NCBI GenBank assembly: GCA_038103905.1
Contig: JAYNZW010000004.1
Span: forward strand, 39,658 to 103,657
Length of the DNA stretch: 64,000 nucleotides
Origin: Pelagibacteraceae bacterium
Lineage (GTDB): Bacteria > Pseudomonadota > Alphaproteobacteria > Pelagibacterales > AG-422-B15
Direction of reading: 5' to 3'
Shown: piece after piece, positions 51,445-61,931 of the stretch
How positions within the stretch are numbered: the stretch's first letter is position 1
How the letters are laid out: each line of letters begins with the position of its first letter
Notes under the pieces: model-generated
The model's database searches: none
The model's input: only the letters and a program-made list of their open reading frames with translations
What the model was told of the DNA's origin: nothing
Translations under genes and position numbers: made by a program

Positions 51445-52601
51445 TAAACAAGCTCCACAATCTTTTTAGCAGCATCATCAAGATCGCTTGCAGAAATAAT
51501 ATCGATTCCAGAATTATCTAAAATTTCTTTTCCTTTTTCTACATTTGTTCCTTCTAACCTAACAACTAACGGCACTGAAATACTTAGGTCCTTTGCAGCA
51601 GCAATAATACCTTCAGCAATCACGTCACATCTCATAATACCTCCAAAGATATTCACAAGAATTCCTTTAACACCTTTATCAGATAGAATAATTTTAAATG
51701 CATTAGAAACTTTCTCTTTTGAAGCGCCCCCTCCAACATCTAAAAAGTTTGCAGGTTCTCCACCATATAATTTAATAATATCAAGACTTGCCATTGCTAG
51801 ACCGGCACCATTTACCATACAACCAATATTTCCTTCTAATTTAATGTATGCCAAATCATATTTTGCTGCTTCTTGCTCATATTCATCTTCTTCATTTGGG
51901 TCTCTAAGTTCTTCAATCTCTGGGTGTCTATAAAGGGCATTATCATCAAAATTTACTTTTGCATCCAGACAAAGTAATTGATCTTTATCTGTAATGATTA
52001 GTGGATTGATTTCAACAAGACTTGCATCTTTCTCCTTAAAAAATTTATAGAGGTTTTCAATTAAGTTTTTAATTTGATCGTGCATTGAATTATCAAGCTC
52101 CAGGCACTTTTGTATAGCCTGGATGTCAGGCTTAGTTACACCAGTTGATGGCTCAATGAAAACTGTGGTAATCTCTTCAGGAGTTTTTTCTGCAACAGCC
52201 TCAATATCCATACCTCCATGTTTTGAGACAATAAAAGCAATTTTGCTCGTAGCTCTATCAACTAAACATGACAAATATAATTCTTTCTTAATATCTGAAC
52301 CATTTTCAATATAGACTCTTTGAACAATTTTTCCTTGAGGACCTGTTTGTGGAGTAATCAGATTCATACCAAACATCTTATTACATTCTTCAATTGCATT
52401 TTCAGCAGACTGAACAACCTTCACTCCACCACCTTTTCCTCGCCCACCTGCATGGATCTGAGCTTTAACTACCCATGTGGGCCCAGAAACATTTTTTACT
52501 GCTTGCTCTATTTCATTAGGAGAGAAAGCAACGGTTCCAGTAGAAACTGGTATTTGAAATTCTTTAAATAATTTTTTTGCTTGGTATTCGTGAATATTCA
52601 T
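51444..52601 (-). CDS. sucC: Succinyl-CoA synthetase beta subunit
   Basis: [14 protein letters not shown]-grasp N-terminus and GGIMRCD block. Confidence 0.95.
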   Translation of the reverse strand: MNIHEYQAKKLFKEFQIPVSTGTVAFSPNEIEQAVKNVSGPTWVVKAQIHAGGRGKGGGVKVVQSAENAIEECNKMFGMNLITPQTGPQGKIVQRVYIENGSDIKKELYLSCLVDRATSKIAFIVSKHGGMDIEAVAEKTPEEITTVFIEPSTGVTKPDIQAIQKCLELDNSMHDQIKNLIENLYKFFKEKDASLVEINPLIITDKDQLLCLDAKVNFDDNALYRHPEIEELRDPNEEDEYEQEAAKYDLAYIKLEGNIGCMVNGAGLAMASLDIIKLYGGEPANFLDVGGGASKEKVSNAFKIILSDKGVKGILVNIFGGIMRCDVIAEGIIAAAKDLSISVPLVVRLEGTNVEKGKEILDNSGIDIISASDLDDAAKKIVELV

Positions 52602-52603
52602 AA

Positions 52604-53566
52604 CTATTTTAAATTAGAGTCAATATTTGTTGCGGCTTCAAAAAGTTCTTTAACGGCTTCAATTGAAATATCAAAATATTTTTTCTCCTCATCATCTAAA
52701 TTTAACTCAATTACTTCTTCAATTCCACCGGAACCAATTACTACAGGAACTCCAACATAAAGCTCTTTGACACCGTATTGTCCATTTAGATAAGCCGCGC
52801 ATGGAAGCGTCTTTTTTAAATCTTTTAAATAAGACTCTGCCATTTCAATTCCAGATGCGGCAGGTCCATAAAAAGCAGAGCCTGATTCAAGAAGTTTAAC
52901 AACCTCTGCACCACCATTACGTGTTCTATCAATGATCTCATTTAGTTTGTTTTGAGTAATTTTACCTTCTTTTACAAAATCTATAAGTGGTTTTCCAGAT
53001 ACAGTTGTACGATTGGGCACTGGAACCATTGTATCGCCATGACCACCTAGCACGAAAGAGTTTACCTCACCTATAGGAACATCAAGTTCTTGTGATAGAA
53101 AAAATTTGAACCTTGATGTATCTAAAACACCAGCCATACCAATTACTTTATTTTTTGGGAGTCCTGAATATTTTTGAAGAGCCATTACAATCACATCTAA
53201 TGGATTAGTAATACAAATAACAAAAGCATTAGGCGATGTATCTTTGATTCCCTCAGCTACTTGTTTAATAATTTTTAAATTGATGCCAAGTAAGTCATCC
53301 CTCGTCATTCCAGGCTTCCTAGGAACACCCGCTGTAATAATTATTACATCAGAATTACTTGTATCGGCATAATCATTTGTTCCAGTGATACTTACATTCA
53401 ATCCATCAATTGCAGTTGATTGAGACAAATCTAAAGCTTTACCCTTTGCTACGCCTTCAGCTACGTCGAACAAAACAACATTGCCGAGTTCTTTTAAAGC
53501 TATAAGGTGAGCCAAAGTTCCACCTATTTGACCTGCTCCAATGAGAGAAATTTTTGGTTTTTTCAT
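52604..53566 (-). CDS. mdh: Malate dehydrogenase (LDH-like type)
   Basis: [11 protein letters not shown] motif, and GVPRKPGM(T)RDDL and GGHGD blocks. Confidence 0.95.
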   Translation of the reverse strand: MKKPKISLIGAGQIGGTLAHLIALKELGNVVLFDVAEGVAKGKALDLSQSTAIDGLNVSITGTNDYADTSNSDVIIITAGVPRKPGMTRDDLLGINLKIIKQVAEGIKDTSPNAFVICITNPLDVIVMALQKYSGLPKNKVIGMAGVLDTSRFKFFLSQELDVPIGEVNSFVLGGHGDTMVPVPNRTTVSGKPLIDFVKEGKITQNKLNEIIDRTRNGGAEVVKLLESGSAFYGPAASGIEMAESYLKDLKKTLPCAAYLNGQYGVKELYVGVPVVIGSGGIEEVIELNLDDEEKKYFDISIEAVKELFEAATNIDSNLK

Positions 53567-53632
53567 AGTAGATCTATATTTAGTGCGTAAACTAAACAGA
53601 TAGAAGTTAAAATCAAGTCAGAAATATATACT

Positions 53633-55126
53633 TTATTTCATTGTGGGGATAATAAACTCCGCACCTTTTCTTATGCCTGTAGGCCACCTTGAAGTAACAG
53701 TTTTTAGCCTCGTAAAGAACCTAACGCCATCCATTCCATGCATTGCATGATCTCCAAATAAAGACCTTTTCCAGCCTCCAAAACTATGAAATGCCATTGG
53801 AACGGGTATTGGAACATTTACTCCAACCATTCCAATTTGACATTTATTAGTGAATGCTCGAGCTGTATCACCATCACGAGTATAAATCGTAGTACCGTTT
53901 CCAAACTCATGATTGTTTAACATTTCAAGTGCATCATCAAAAGAAGGCTTTCTAACCACTGATAAAACTGGTCCGAAGATTTCTTCTTTATAAATTTTCA
54001 TGTCACTTGTGACATTGTCAAACAAACAACCTCCAATGAAATATCCATTTTCATATCCTTGAAGAGATATTGGTCTACCATCAACAAGAAGTTTTGCACC
54101 TTCTTCGACACCTGAGTCAACATAAGATCTAACCTTATCTAAATGCTGCCTACTTATCACGGGACCCATTTCAACTTCTGGATCTGTGCCAGGTCCAACT
54201 TTGAGGGACTGAACCCTTGGTGTTAATTTTTCAATTAGCTTATCTCCTATATCTCCAACAGCTACAGCTACAGATAATGCCATACATCTTTCACCTGCAG
54301 ATCCATACCCAGCGCCCATCAGTCCGTCAACCACCTGATCAAGATCTGCATCAGGCATAATAATCATATGATTTTTTGCTCCCCCGAGAGATTGAACTCT
54401 TTTATTATGTTGAGTAGATGTGTGATAAATGTATTCGGCAACAGGTGTTGAACCTACAAAACTTACAGAGTCCACATGAGGATTTGTAATTAATAAGTCT
54501 ACTGCTTCTTTATCTCCATTAATTACATTGAAAACACCATCAGGTAAGCCAGCCTCAGTAAGAAGTTCGGCTAACATCATTGGAACTGTAGGGTCTTTTT
54601 CACTTGGTTTAAGTATGAAACAATTTCCACAAGCAATTGAAACAACGAACATCCACATTGGAACCATTGCAGGAAAATTAAAAGGTGAAATGCCTACTGA
54701 AATTCCTAACGGCTGTCTTATACTCCAACTATCAATTTCAGATCCAACATTTTCAGAAAACTCACCTTTCAAAAGATGGGGAATGCCACACGCAAATTCA
54801 ACAACTTCCATTCCTCTAGTTAATGAGCCCTTGGAGTCACTCAATATCTTGCCGTGCTCCTCAGTTAGAGCTAATGCCAATTTATCCATGTCTCTCAAAA
54901 TTAACTCTTTAAACTTAAAGAAAATTCTAGAGCGAGTGAGTGGTGGAGTGGATGCCCATTTTTGTTTTACGTTAAGAGCACTTTGTATTGCAGCGTCTAC
55001 ATCATTCTTATTTGCTAGACTGACTTCTGCAATTTTTTCTCCTTGGGCAGGGTTGAAAATATCTCCAAGTCTATCAGATTTGCTTATAAACTCTTTACCG
55101 TCTATAAATTGGTTAATTTTTCTCAT
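53633..55126 (-). CDS. mmsA: Methylmalonate-semialdehyde dehydrogenase (CoA-acylating)
   Basis: Aldehyde dehydrogenase with the MmsA-type blocks EHGK...D..G...RG.EVVEFACGIPHLLKG and catalytic GERCMA. I prefer the ATG at 55126 (MRKINQFIDGKEF). Confidence 0.85.
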   Translation of the reverse strand: MRKINQFIDGKEFISKSDRLGDIFNPAQGEKIAEVSLANKNDVDAAIQSALNVKQKWASTPPLTRSRIFFKFKELILRDMDKLALALTEEHGKILSDSKGSLTRGMEVVEFACGIPHLLKGEFSENVGSEIDSWSIRQPLGISVGISPFNFPAMVPMWMFVVSIACGNCFILKPSEKDPTVPMMLAELLTEAGLPDGVFNVINGDKEAVDLLITNPHVDSVSFVGSTPVAEYIYHTSTQHNKRVQSLGGAKNHMIIMPDADLDQVVDGLMGAGYGSAGERCMALSVAVAVGDIGDKLIEKLTPRVQSLKVGPGTDPEVEMGPVISRQHLDKVRSYVDSGVEEGAKLLVDGRPISLQGYENGYFIGGCLFDNVTSDMKIYKEEIFGPVLSVVRKPSFDDALEMLNNHEFGNGTTIYTRDGDTARAFTNKCQIGMVGVNVPIPVPMAFHSFGGWKRSLFGDHAMHGMDGVRFFTRLKTVTSRWPTGIRKGAEFIIPTMK

Positions 55127-55178
55127 ATTAATTATAAAATTTATACATAAAATATGACACAAGAAAAGGTATGGCGCA

Positions 55179-55412
55179 ATGCGAAAACTCGATCTGCATG
55201 ATTTAACTCTTGAAGAAGCTTATGACGAATTCAGAGAATTTATAAATAAAGCTTACGGCGATAATATTAGTAAAGTTGAAGTAATTACGGGGAAAAGTGG
55301 GCAGATAAGAAGAGAGTTTCCGTATTGGTCAGAAAATTCACACCAAATTAGATACCATGAAATGAGCTGGCATGGTGGCAGCTTCGTTGTAAAAATCGAA
55401 AAAAAATTTTAA
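55179..55412 (+). CDS. Smr (small MutS-related) domain protein
   Basis: 77 aa with LDLHDLTLEEA...VEVITGKSG, which follows the Smr domain pattern (DLHG...A......II.GKG). Confidence 0.65.
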   Translation: MRKLDLHDLTLEEAYDEFREFINKAYGDNISKVEVITGKSGQIRREFPYWSENSHQIRYHEMSWHGGSFVVKIEKKF

Positions 55413-55486
55413 TAATCTCTAATTGTCATATTGGCAATATTATCTCTTAGAAAAAAAAAATTTGATATTTATATGTACTCTCAGAT

Positions 55487-55527
55487 AAGCGGAAGATTTT
55501 TAACTCCCCTTAATTTTTCTTCCGCTT
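55487..55527 (+). other. 9-bp perfect hairpin (possible smr terminator or regulatory stem)
   Basis: AAGCGGAAG (55487-55495) pairs with CTTCCGCTT (55519-55527) across a 23-nt loop. Only TTT follows on the plus strand. Confidence 0.35.
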
Positions 55528-55556
55528 TATCAAGAAAACAAACTTGGGAAATTAAA

Positions 55557-55637
55557 ATGATAAACTTCTTCTCTACTGCATTTATAGTTATCTCTTTATT
55601 ACTAATAAGTCTTAGTTTTCAGATAACTATCGTCTAA
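55557..55637 (+). CDS. Candidate 26-aa hydrophobic micro-protein (MINFFSTAFIVISLLLISLSFQITIV)
   Basis: ATG preceded by GGGAA at 6 nt, encoding a single TM-like helix. It is the 3' part of the TTG-started 68-aa ORF in the track (55431-55637), which I find unconvincing as a whole. Confidence 0.2.
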   Translation: MINFFSTAFIVISLLLISLSFQITIV

Positions 55638-55648
55638 TCGTCAAATAA

Positions 55649-56422
55649 TTATTTTGAAGCAATCATTCTTTTAATGCCTGAGATTGCTTCAGCCGGATTT
55701 AAGCCTTTTGGACATGTTTGAGTACAGTTCATTATCGTGTGACATCTGTATACTTTGAAAGCATCATCTAACTCTTCTAATCGTTCTTTGCGTGATTCAT
55801 CTCTACTATCTTGAAGCCATCTGTAAGATTGTAATAAAACGGCTGGACCGAGATATTTATCACTATTCCACCAATAGCTTGGACATGAAGTAGAGCAACA
55901 AGCACATAAAATACATTCATAAAGACCGTCAAGCTTGGCTCTATCTTCTCTTGACTGTAAATTTTCATCTGTATCAGATTTCTTTGTAATATTTAGCCAT
56001 GGTTTTATGGATGCCAGCTGCTTATACAAAGTCTTTAAGTTTGTAACCAAATCTTTGATAACAGGCATATGAGGCAAAGGATAAATTTTAATTTCTTTTT
56101 TGACATCTTCTATTGGCTTTGTGCAAGCTAGTGTATTTGTGCCATCAATATTCATTGCACAAGATCCACATATCCCCTCACGACATGATCTTCGGAAAGT
56201 AAGAGTAGGATCTATTTCATTTTTAATTTTCATTATTGCATCAAGCACCATTGGTCCACAGTTATCTAGATCTACTTCATAAGTATCCATTCTTGGGTTT
56301 TTATTATCTTCTGGAGACCATCTATAAATTGAAATTTTTTTCTTATTTTTTATTTCAGCTGGCAATAGATAATCTTCACCTTTTATAAGTTTTGAGTTAT
56401 CAGGAAGATTAAATTGAACCAT
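55649..56422 (-). CDS. sdhB: Succinate dehydrogenase iron-sulfur subunit
   Basis: Three Cys clusters: [23 protein letters not shown] and [12 protein letters not shown]. Confidence 0.95.
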   Translation of the reverse strand: MVQFNLPDNSKLIKGEDYLLPAEIKNKKKISIYRWSPEDNKNPRMDTYEVDLDNCGPMVLDAIMKIKNEIDPTLTFRRSCREGICGSCAMNIDGTNTLACTKPIEDVKKEIKIYPLPHMPVIKDLVTNLKTLYKQLASIKPWLNITKKSDTDENLQSREDRAKLDGLYECILCACCSTSCPSYWWNSDKYLGPAVLLQSYRWLQDSRDESRKERLEELDDAFKVYRCHTIMNCTQTCPKGLNPAEAISGIKRMIASK

Positions 56423-58197
56423 TAGTAAACTCTAGCTTTTGGCTCAATATATTTAACTTCATTTGATAAAGTATATTCATGAACTGATCTATAGTCGAGA
56501 TTACACTCCTTATCATTTGTCCATGCAAGCGTATGAACCATCCAGTTTTTATCATCTCTTTCTTTGAAATCTTCACGAGCATGAGCACCTCTACTTTCTT
56601 TTCTATTATGAGCAGAATTCATCGTGACAACAGCTTGGGCAATAAGATTTTCATATTCAAGAGTTTCAAGAAGGTCTGTATTCCATACAAGAGATTTATC
56701 TTTTACAGAAATATCACTTGATCCAAGCCATATTTCTTCAATTTTTTTCTTACCTTCAGATAAAATTTGATCATCTCTAAAAACTGCACAATGATTTTGC
56801 ATAACTTTTTGCATTTTATCTCTAAGTTGAGATGTAGGAGTTGATCCATTTGAATTCCTGATTTTATCAAATCGATCAACTATTTTATCAATTACACCAT
56901 GATCAATTTCTTTATTAGGCTCTGTTTTTGAAACTGTATCGTTAATACGATCTGCCGCAGCTTTTCCAAATACTACAAGATCAATTAAAGAGTTTGACCC
57001 AAGTCGATTTGCTCCATGAACAGATACACATGCAGCTTCACCAATTGCCATTAGTCCAGGCACTGAAACCTCTTCACCATTAACAGTGGTCATAACTTCA
57101 CCATGAAAATTTGTTGGTATTCCACCCATATTATAATGAACAGTAGGAATTACTGGTATAGGCGCCTTGGTCACGTCCACTCCAGCAAAGACTTTTGCAG
57201 ATTCAGATATGCCCGGGAGCCTTTCATTTAAAACTTTTGGCTCAAGATGATCTAAATGTAAATATACATGGTCTTTATTTGCGCCAACACCTCTACCTTC
57301 AATCAACTCTTTTGTTATTGATCTAGAAACTACATCTCTTGAAGCTAAATCTTTAGCAGATGGAGCATATCTCTCCATAAACCTCTCACCCTCACTGTTA
57401 ACTAGATATCCTCCTTCACCTCGCGCACCTTCTGTAATTAAACAACCTACACCATAAACTCCTGTAGGGTGAAATTGAACAAACTCCATATCCTGCAATG
57501 GAAGTCCGGCTCTTAATACCATCGCATTACCGTCACCAGTACATGTGTGTGCTGAAGTAGCAGAAAAGTAAACCCTTCCATAACCACCTGTCGCTAAAAC
57601 TGTAGATTTTGCATTAAAGACATGAATCTTTCCATCTTCAAGACACCACGTAACTACACCTCTGCACTCGCCATCAACCATAATGAGATCAAGAGCAAAA
57701 TATTCAATATAATAATCAACTCCGTGCTTTAATGATTGCCCATATAAAGTATGAATGATTGCGTGGCCCGTTCTATCTGCAGCTGCACATGTTCTTTGCG
57801 CAGTACCTTCGCCATAATTTTTTGTCATTCCACCAAATGCTCTTTGATATATTTTTCCGTCCTCAGTTCTACTAAAAGGGACTCCGTAGTTTTCTAATTC
57901 TAAAACAGCTTTTGGAGCATTTTTGCATAAATACTCAATTGCATCTTGATCACCCAACCAATCAGATCCTTTGACAGTGTCATACATATGCCAACGCCAA
58001 TCATCATCTCCCATATTTCCTAAAGCTGCTGATATTCCACCTTGAGCAGCAACTGTATGACTTCTTGTTGGGAACACTTTAGAAATACAAGCAGTCTTGT
58101 AACCATTTTCTACAGCTCCAACTGTTGCTCGAAGACCAGAGCCTCCGGCACCGACAACTACAACATCATAATCATGGTATTCAATTTCATATTTCAT
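56422..58197 (-). CDS. sdhA: Succinate dehydrogenase flavoprotein subunit
   Basis: [12 protein letters not shown] motif, the covalent-FAD His region ([10 protein letters not shown]), and 591 aa. Confidence 0.95.
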   Translation of the reverse strand: MKYEIEYHDYDVVVVGAGGSGLRATVGAVENGYKTACISKVFPTRSHTVAAQGGISAALGNMGDDDWRWHMYDTVKGSDWLGDQDAIEYLCKNAPKAVLELENYGVPFSRTEDGKIYQRAFGGMTKNYGEGTAQRTCAAADRTGHAIIHTLYGQSLKHGVDYYIEYFALDLIMVDGECRGVVTWCLEDGKIHVFNAKSTVLATGGYGRVYFSATSAHTCTGDGNAMVLRAGLPLQDMEFVQFHPTGVYGVGCLITEGARGEGGYLVNSEGERFMERYAPSAKDLASRDVVSRSITKELIEGRGVGANKDHVYLHLDHLEPKVLNERLPGISESAKVFAGVDVTKAPIPVIPTVHYNMGGIPTNFHGEVMTTVNGEEVSVPGLMAIGEAACVSVHGANRLGSNSLIDLVVFGKAAADRINDTVSKTEPNKEIDHGVIDKIVDRFDKIRNSNGSTPTSQLRDKMQKVMQNHCAVFRDDQILSEGKKKIEEIWLGSSDISVKDKSLVWNTDLLETLEYENLIAQAVVTMNSAHNRKESRGAHAREDFKERDDKNWMVHTLAWTNDKECNLDYRSVHEYTLSNEVKYIEPKARVY

Positions 58198-58203
58198 AAT
58201 TTA

Positions 58204-58533
58204 TCACAAAAGTATCATTAAAATTGATAAACAAACAAATAATGAAATACCAGTAAAGAACGATGATATCAAAAACTTAAATATCTTATAAATCTTTGGA
58301 TCATGAATATAATCATCAATGATTTCATTTATGCCTGTATTCATATGAAATATGCCTAAAATTGTAAAAATCAATATAAAGAAAATTGACCATGCGCCAG
58401 ATATTTCAATTAGAATTTGCTCATATGAAAGACTTGAAAACCTTAAAATAATTATCAATAAGTAAATAATTAAGGGTATTAGAGCAATTGAACTGTATTT
58501 ATGCAATTTCCATATTCTATGAGCCGAGGTCAT
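58204..58533 (-). CDS. sdhD: Succinate dehydrogenase membrane anchor subunit
   Basis: 109 aa with 3 TM helices, positioned between sdhC and sdhA. Confidence 0.8.
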   Translation of the reverse strand: MTSAHRIWKLHKYSSIALIPLIIYLLIIILRFSSLSYEQILIEISGAWSIFFILIFTILGIFHMNTGINEIIDDYIHDPKIYKIFKFLISSFFTGISLFVCLSILMILL

Positions 58534-58536
58534 AAA

Positions 58537-58914
58537 TTAAATAACTCCGTAAAGCTTTAGCCAAAAAAATATCGTAAAAAATACAGCAAAAGATAATGCT
58601 GCCCATCCTGTCATCTTAGCAACATTCAAATCCAGACAATAGCCATAATCCCATAGCAAGTGTCGAGCGCTACTTGCTAAATAAAAAAATGTACAAAATG
58701 TCAAACCTATGAGAAGTGTTCTTATCAAGAGATTATCAGATAATGAAATCACAAAATTAAAAGTATCTTCTCCCAAGCCAATTGAAAGCAAATAAATTAT
58801 TATTACTACTGAACCAAGAGATGAAACTACTCCTGAGATTCTATGCAGAATAGATAACAAAGAAGTTGTTTGCCAACGATAAATTTGAAGATGAGGTGAT
58901 AAAGGACTATTCAT
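58537..58914 (-). CDS. sdhC: Succinate dehydrogenase cytochrome b556 subunit
   Basis: 125 aa with the PLSPHLQIY..Q.TS.LSI.HR.(S/T)G N-terminal motif. Confidence 0.9.
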   Translation of the reverse strand: MNSPLSPHLQIYRWQTTSLLSILHRISGVVSSLGSVVIIIYLLSIGLGEDTFNFVISLSDNLLIRTLLIGLTFCTFFYLASSARHLLWDYGYCLDLNVAKMTGWAALSFAVFFTIFFWLKLYGVI

Positions 58915-58945
58915 ATTTATATTTATTAAAGCAAATTCTATAAAT

Positions 58946-60919
58946 TTAAAAAATTAATCTATTTTTTTTTGGAACAAGTGCCCAATAATCTAAACTTAAA
59001 AGAACATCAGAATTAAACTTCCCGTTTTGATCTTGATGCTGAAATTGATAAGGCTGTGCATCTCCAAGGCCATTCGTTCTGATACGAAGAGCGCCTAATG
59101 AGTCTGAAACATCTACTTTTTCTATAATTTTACTCCATGCAAAAACAGTTTTTCCAGCAAAACATGGTGAGGCATGCGTTCCTCCATTAATTGCAATGAT
59201 CTTAAATGCATTTGACAGCCCATTAAAAGATATTGATCTAGTCAAACTTATAACATGACCTCCATAAACAATTCGTCTACCAAAGCGGCCTCCTTTTTCA
59301 ACAAAATGATTGAAATGAACTTTAGCATTATTTTGATAGAGTTTAGTAGCCATCATATGCTCAGCTTCCTCTACAGTTACCCCGTCAATGTGATTTATTT
59401 TTTCGTCAATTTCATAATCCTCATAAACAAGGTCTGATCCAGCTGCAGTAAAATCATAATTATTCATTTCAAATTTATAATCTTTTGCAATTTCGATCAC
59501 TTCTTCTTTTGTTACTTCCGAATTTAATTTAGGAATAACTGTTTCTATTTTTGGAAGGCTTTTATTTTTTTTTCGAACCATAACCCATCTCTTATAATCG
59601 ATTACAATTTCATTATTTTGATTCAAGCCTGTTGAATGAACATACACAACACCATTATCACCGTTAGAATTTTCTTTTAATCCAATTACTTCAGAATGCG
59701 ATGTAATTGTATCTCCAGGGTAAGCGGGTTTTAGAAATTTACATTCAGCATAACCAAGATTAGCAATTGCATTCAAGGAGATATCAGGAACAGTTTTGCC
59801 AAAGGCAATATTAAATAATAAAAAATCATCAACCGGAGACTCATTTAGTGAAAGTTGTTTTGCAAATTCATTTGATGAGTGCAGGGCATACCTCGATCCA
59901 TATAGAGCAGTGTAAAGAGAACAATCGCCTAGTGTAATAGTTCTTGGCGTTGCATGAGAAATTTTCTGACCCATTGAAAAATCTTCAAAAAAATTGCCAA
60001 TTTTATATTTTGAACCACTTTTAATTTCTATTGGAATGGTTTCATCGTTTTTTGAAACTTCCATTATTAATTTTTCAGCTTCTAAGATTCTTCTTGCATG
60101 TGCGACATGAAGTTCTTCTATTTGACTTCCTTCAAATACAATCACACCAACTTCAGGATCTTTTTTACGAGCTTTTTCAAAGGCATTTACAATATTTCGA
60201 GCCTTTTCTAATTGATCAGGCGTTGGTGTAAAAATTTTATTACAAATACCGATTTGAGAGGGATGGATCAGAGTTTTACCATCAAAACCAAGCCCATGAC
60301 TATAAACACACTCTTGTTCAAATCCGTCGCTATCTTTGATGTCATTAAAAACTCCGTCAAGTATTGATATTTTATAAGCTTTTGAGGCCATCATACATTT
60401 TTCAAAACTTGTTTGAAGCGCTGTTCTTTTCAAGTCTTCTTCAATACCTAGTTCTGTTGATAGATCATTTGTACCCATTACGAAACATTTAAGTATTTTG
60501 GATGACTTTGCAATTTCATATGCATTCACAATTGAAAGAGCGGTTTCCATCATTACCCATATTTTAATATCTTTATTTTTTATTAATTTCTCACATTCAA
60601 TGACATCATCCGCACTGTTAATTTTTGGAATCAAAATAGCATCAGGCGTGCAATGATCTAAAACTTTAAGATCATCTCTCCCTAAATCAGTACCTAATGA
60701 ATTTATTCTAATAACCTGCTCTTTATCTTTATTTACTCTTGAGTTAATTATCTTAATTAGGGAGTCACGAGCGCTCTCCTTTGCGTTTGGGGCTACTGAA
60801 TCTTCTAGATCATAAATTAATGCGTCAACTTCAAGCTTTGACGATTTTTTCAGAGCTTTTTCATTTGATCCAGGAACATAAAGTACACTTCTTCTAGGTT
60901 TTCTTACATCTTTTCTCAT
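58946..60919 (-). CDS. Fusion protein: N-terminal CitE/HpcH-family acyl-CoA lyase/thioesterase (malyl-CoA lyase-like) plus C-terminal double MaoC hot-dog enoyl-CoA hydratase (mesaconyl-CoA hydratase-like)
   Basis: 657 aa from the ATG at 60919. Residues about 8-285 carry CitE-family motifs (RRSVLYVPGSN, DLEDSV, MMETA, GTNDL, KTLIHPSQ). Residues about 305-650 form two hot-dog halves (GNFFEDFSMGQ.I.HATPRTIT.GD; ...VHFNHF....GRRIVYGGHV). It is one uninterrupted frame, 31 nt upstream of sdhC. Confidence 0.8.
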   Translation of the reverse strand: MRKDVRKPRRSVLYVPGSNEKALKKSSKLEVDALIYDLEDSVAPNAKESARDSLIKIINSRVNKDKEQVIRINSLGTDLGRDDLKVLDHCTPDAILIPKINSADDVIECEKLIKNKDIKIWVMMETALSIVNAYEIAKSSKILKCFVMGTNDLSTELGIEEDLKRTALQTSFEKCMMASKAYKISILDGVFNDIKDSDGFEQECVYSHGLGFDGKTLIHPSQIGICNKIFTPTPDQLEKARNIVNAFEKARKKDPEVGVIVFEGSQIEELHVAHARRILEAEKLIMEVSKNDETIPIEIKSGSKYKIGNFFEDFSMGQKISHATPRTITLGDCSLYTALYGSRYALHSSNEFAKQLSLNESPVDDFLLFNIAFGKTVPDISLNAIANLGYAECKFLKPAYPGDTITSHSEVIGLKENSNGDNGVVYVHSTGLNQNNEIVIDYKRWVMVRKKNKSLPKIETVIPKLNSEVTKEEVIEIAKDYKFEMNNYDFTAAGSDLVYEDYEIDEKINHIDGVTVEEAEHMMATKLYQNNAKVHFNHFVEKGGRFGRRIVYGGHVISLTRSISFNGLSNAFKIIAINGGTHASPCFAGKTVFAWSKIIEKVDVSDSLGALRIRTNGLGDAQPYQFQHQDQNGKFNSDVLLSLDYWALVPKKNRLIF

Positions 60920-60920
60920 T

Positions 60921-61931
60921 TTATAAATAGTTCTCAATTAACATTTCAGCAATTTGAATAGTATTTAAAGCTGCGCCTTTTCTTAAATTATCAGATACTA
61001 CCCATATTGATAAACCATTTTTTATTGCGCTGTCTTCTCTGATCCTTGAAACATAAGTATCGTCATTTCCAGCACTTTCTCTTGGAGTTACATACCCACC
61101 ATCTTCTCTTTCATCAAGCAAAGTGCAGCCATTAGCATTTTTAATTGCAAGGCGAGCTTCTTCAACAGATACATTATTTTCAAACTCAATATTCACTGCT
61201 TCTGAATGTCCGATAAAAACAGGAACTCGAACGCATGTGGCACTAAATTTTATATCTCTATCAAGAATTTTATTTGTTTCTTGTCTCATTTTAGTTTCTT
61301 CTTTTGTGTATCCATCATCTCCAAATTTATCGATGTGAGGAATTACATTAAATGCGATTGGCTTGGTGAAGTTCACGTTATCTTTTATCTCATCTGAAAA
61401 CATATTTTTAGTTTGATCAAATAATTCATCCATTGCAGCTTTTCCTGCCCCAGATACAGATTGATACGTAGAAACAATAACACTCTTAATTCTGGACAAT
61501 TCGTGAAGTGGTTTAAGTGCAACGACTAATTGGATAGTAGAGCAATTTGGATTGGCAATTATATTTCTATTTCTAAAATTTTTTAAATCTTCAGGATTCA
61601 CTTCAGGAACAATAAGTGGAATATCATCATCCATTCTAAAGTGGCTTGAATTATCTATAACAATACAATTTTTATTTGCAAATTCTGGTGCCCATTTTTC
61701 TGATATACTTGATCCAGCAGAAAAGAGAGCGATGTTTACTTTTGAAATATCAAAATTTTCTATATCCTCAACTACCAATTCGTCATCTCCAAATTCCACT
61801 TTGGATCCTGCACTCCTACTAGAGGCTACTGGAAAAATATTTTCAGATTTAAATTTTTTATCGTGAAGGATATTAAGCATTTCACGTCCAACATTTCCTG
61901 TTGCCCCAACTATTGCGATCTTATGATCCAT
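60921..61931 (-). CDS. asd: Aspartate-semialdehyde dehydrogenase
   Basis: [11 protein letters not shown], active-site NPNCSTI, and SGAG blocks. ATG at 61931. Confidence 0.9.
   Translation of the reverse strand: MDHKIAIVGATGNVGREMLNILHDKKFKSENIFPVASSRSAGSKVEFGDDELVVEDIENFDISKVNIALFSAGSSISEKWAPEFANKNCIVIDNSSHFRMDDDIPLIVPEVNPEDLKNFRNRNIIANPNCSTIQLVVALKPLHELSRIKSVIVSTYQSVSGAGKAAMDELFDQTKNMFSDEIKDNVNFTKPIAFNVIPHIDKFGDDGYTKEETKMRQETNKILDRDIKFSATCVRVPVFIGHSEAVNIEFENNVSVEEARLAIKNANGCTLLDEREDGGYVTPRESAGNDDTYVSRIREDSAIKNGLSIWVVSDNLRKGAALNTIQIAEMLIENYL

Noticed and set aside
54528-55157. 209-aa plus-strand ORF, the longest of many antisense ORFs in the track. Others include 37853-38245, 29132-29563, 28099-28389, 61552-61866, 42820-43128 and 8293-8592.
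   Set aside because: Each lies entirely inside a well-supported conserved gene on the opposite strand (mmsA, atpA, proB, obg, asd and others). Each has a low-complexity Ser/Pro/Ile-rich composition with no recognisable motif. These are shadow ORFs, which are common opposite real genes.
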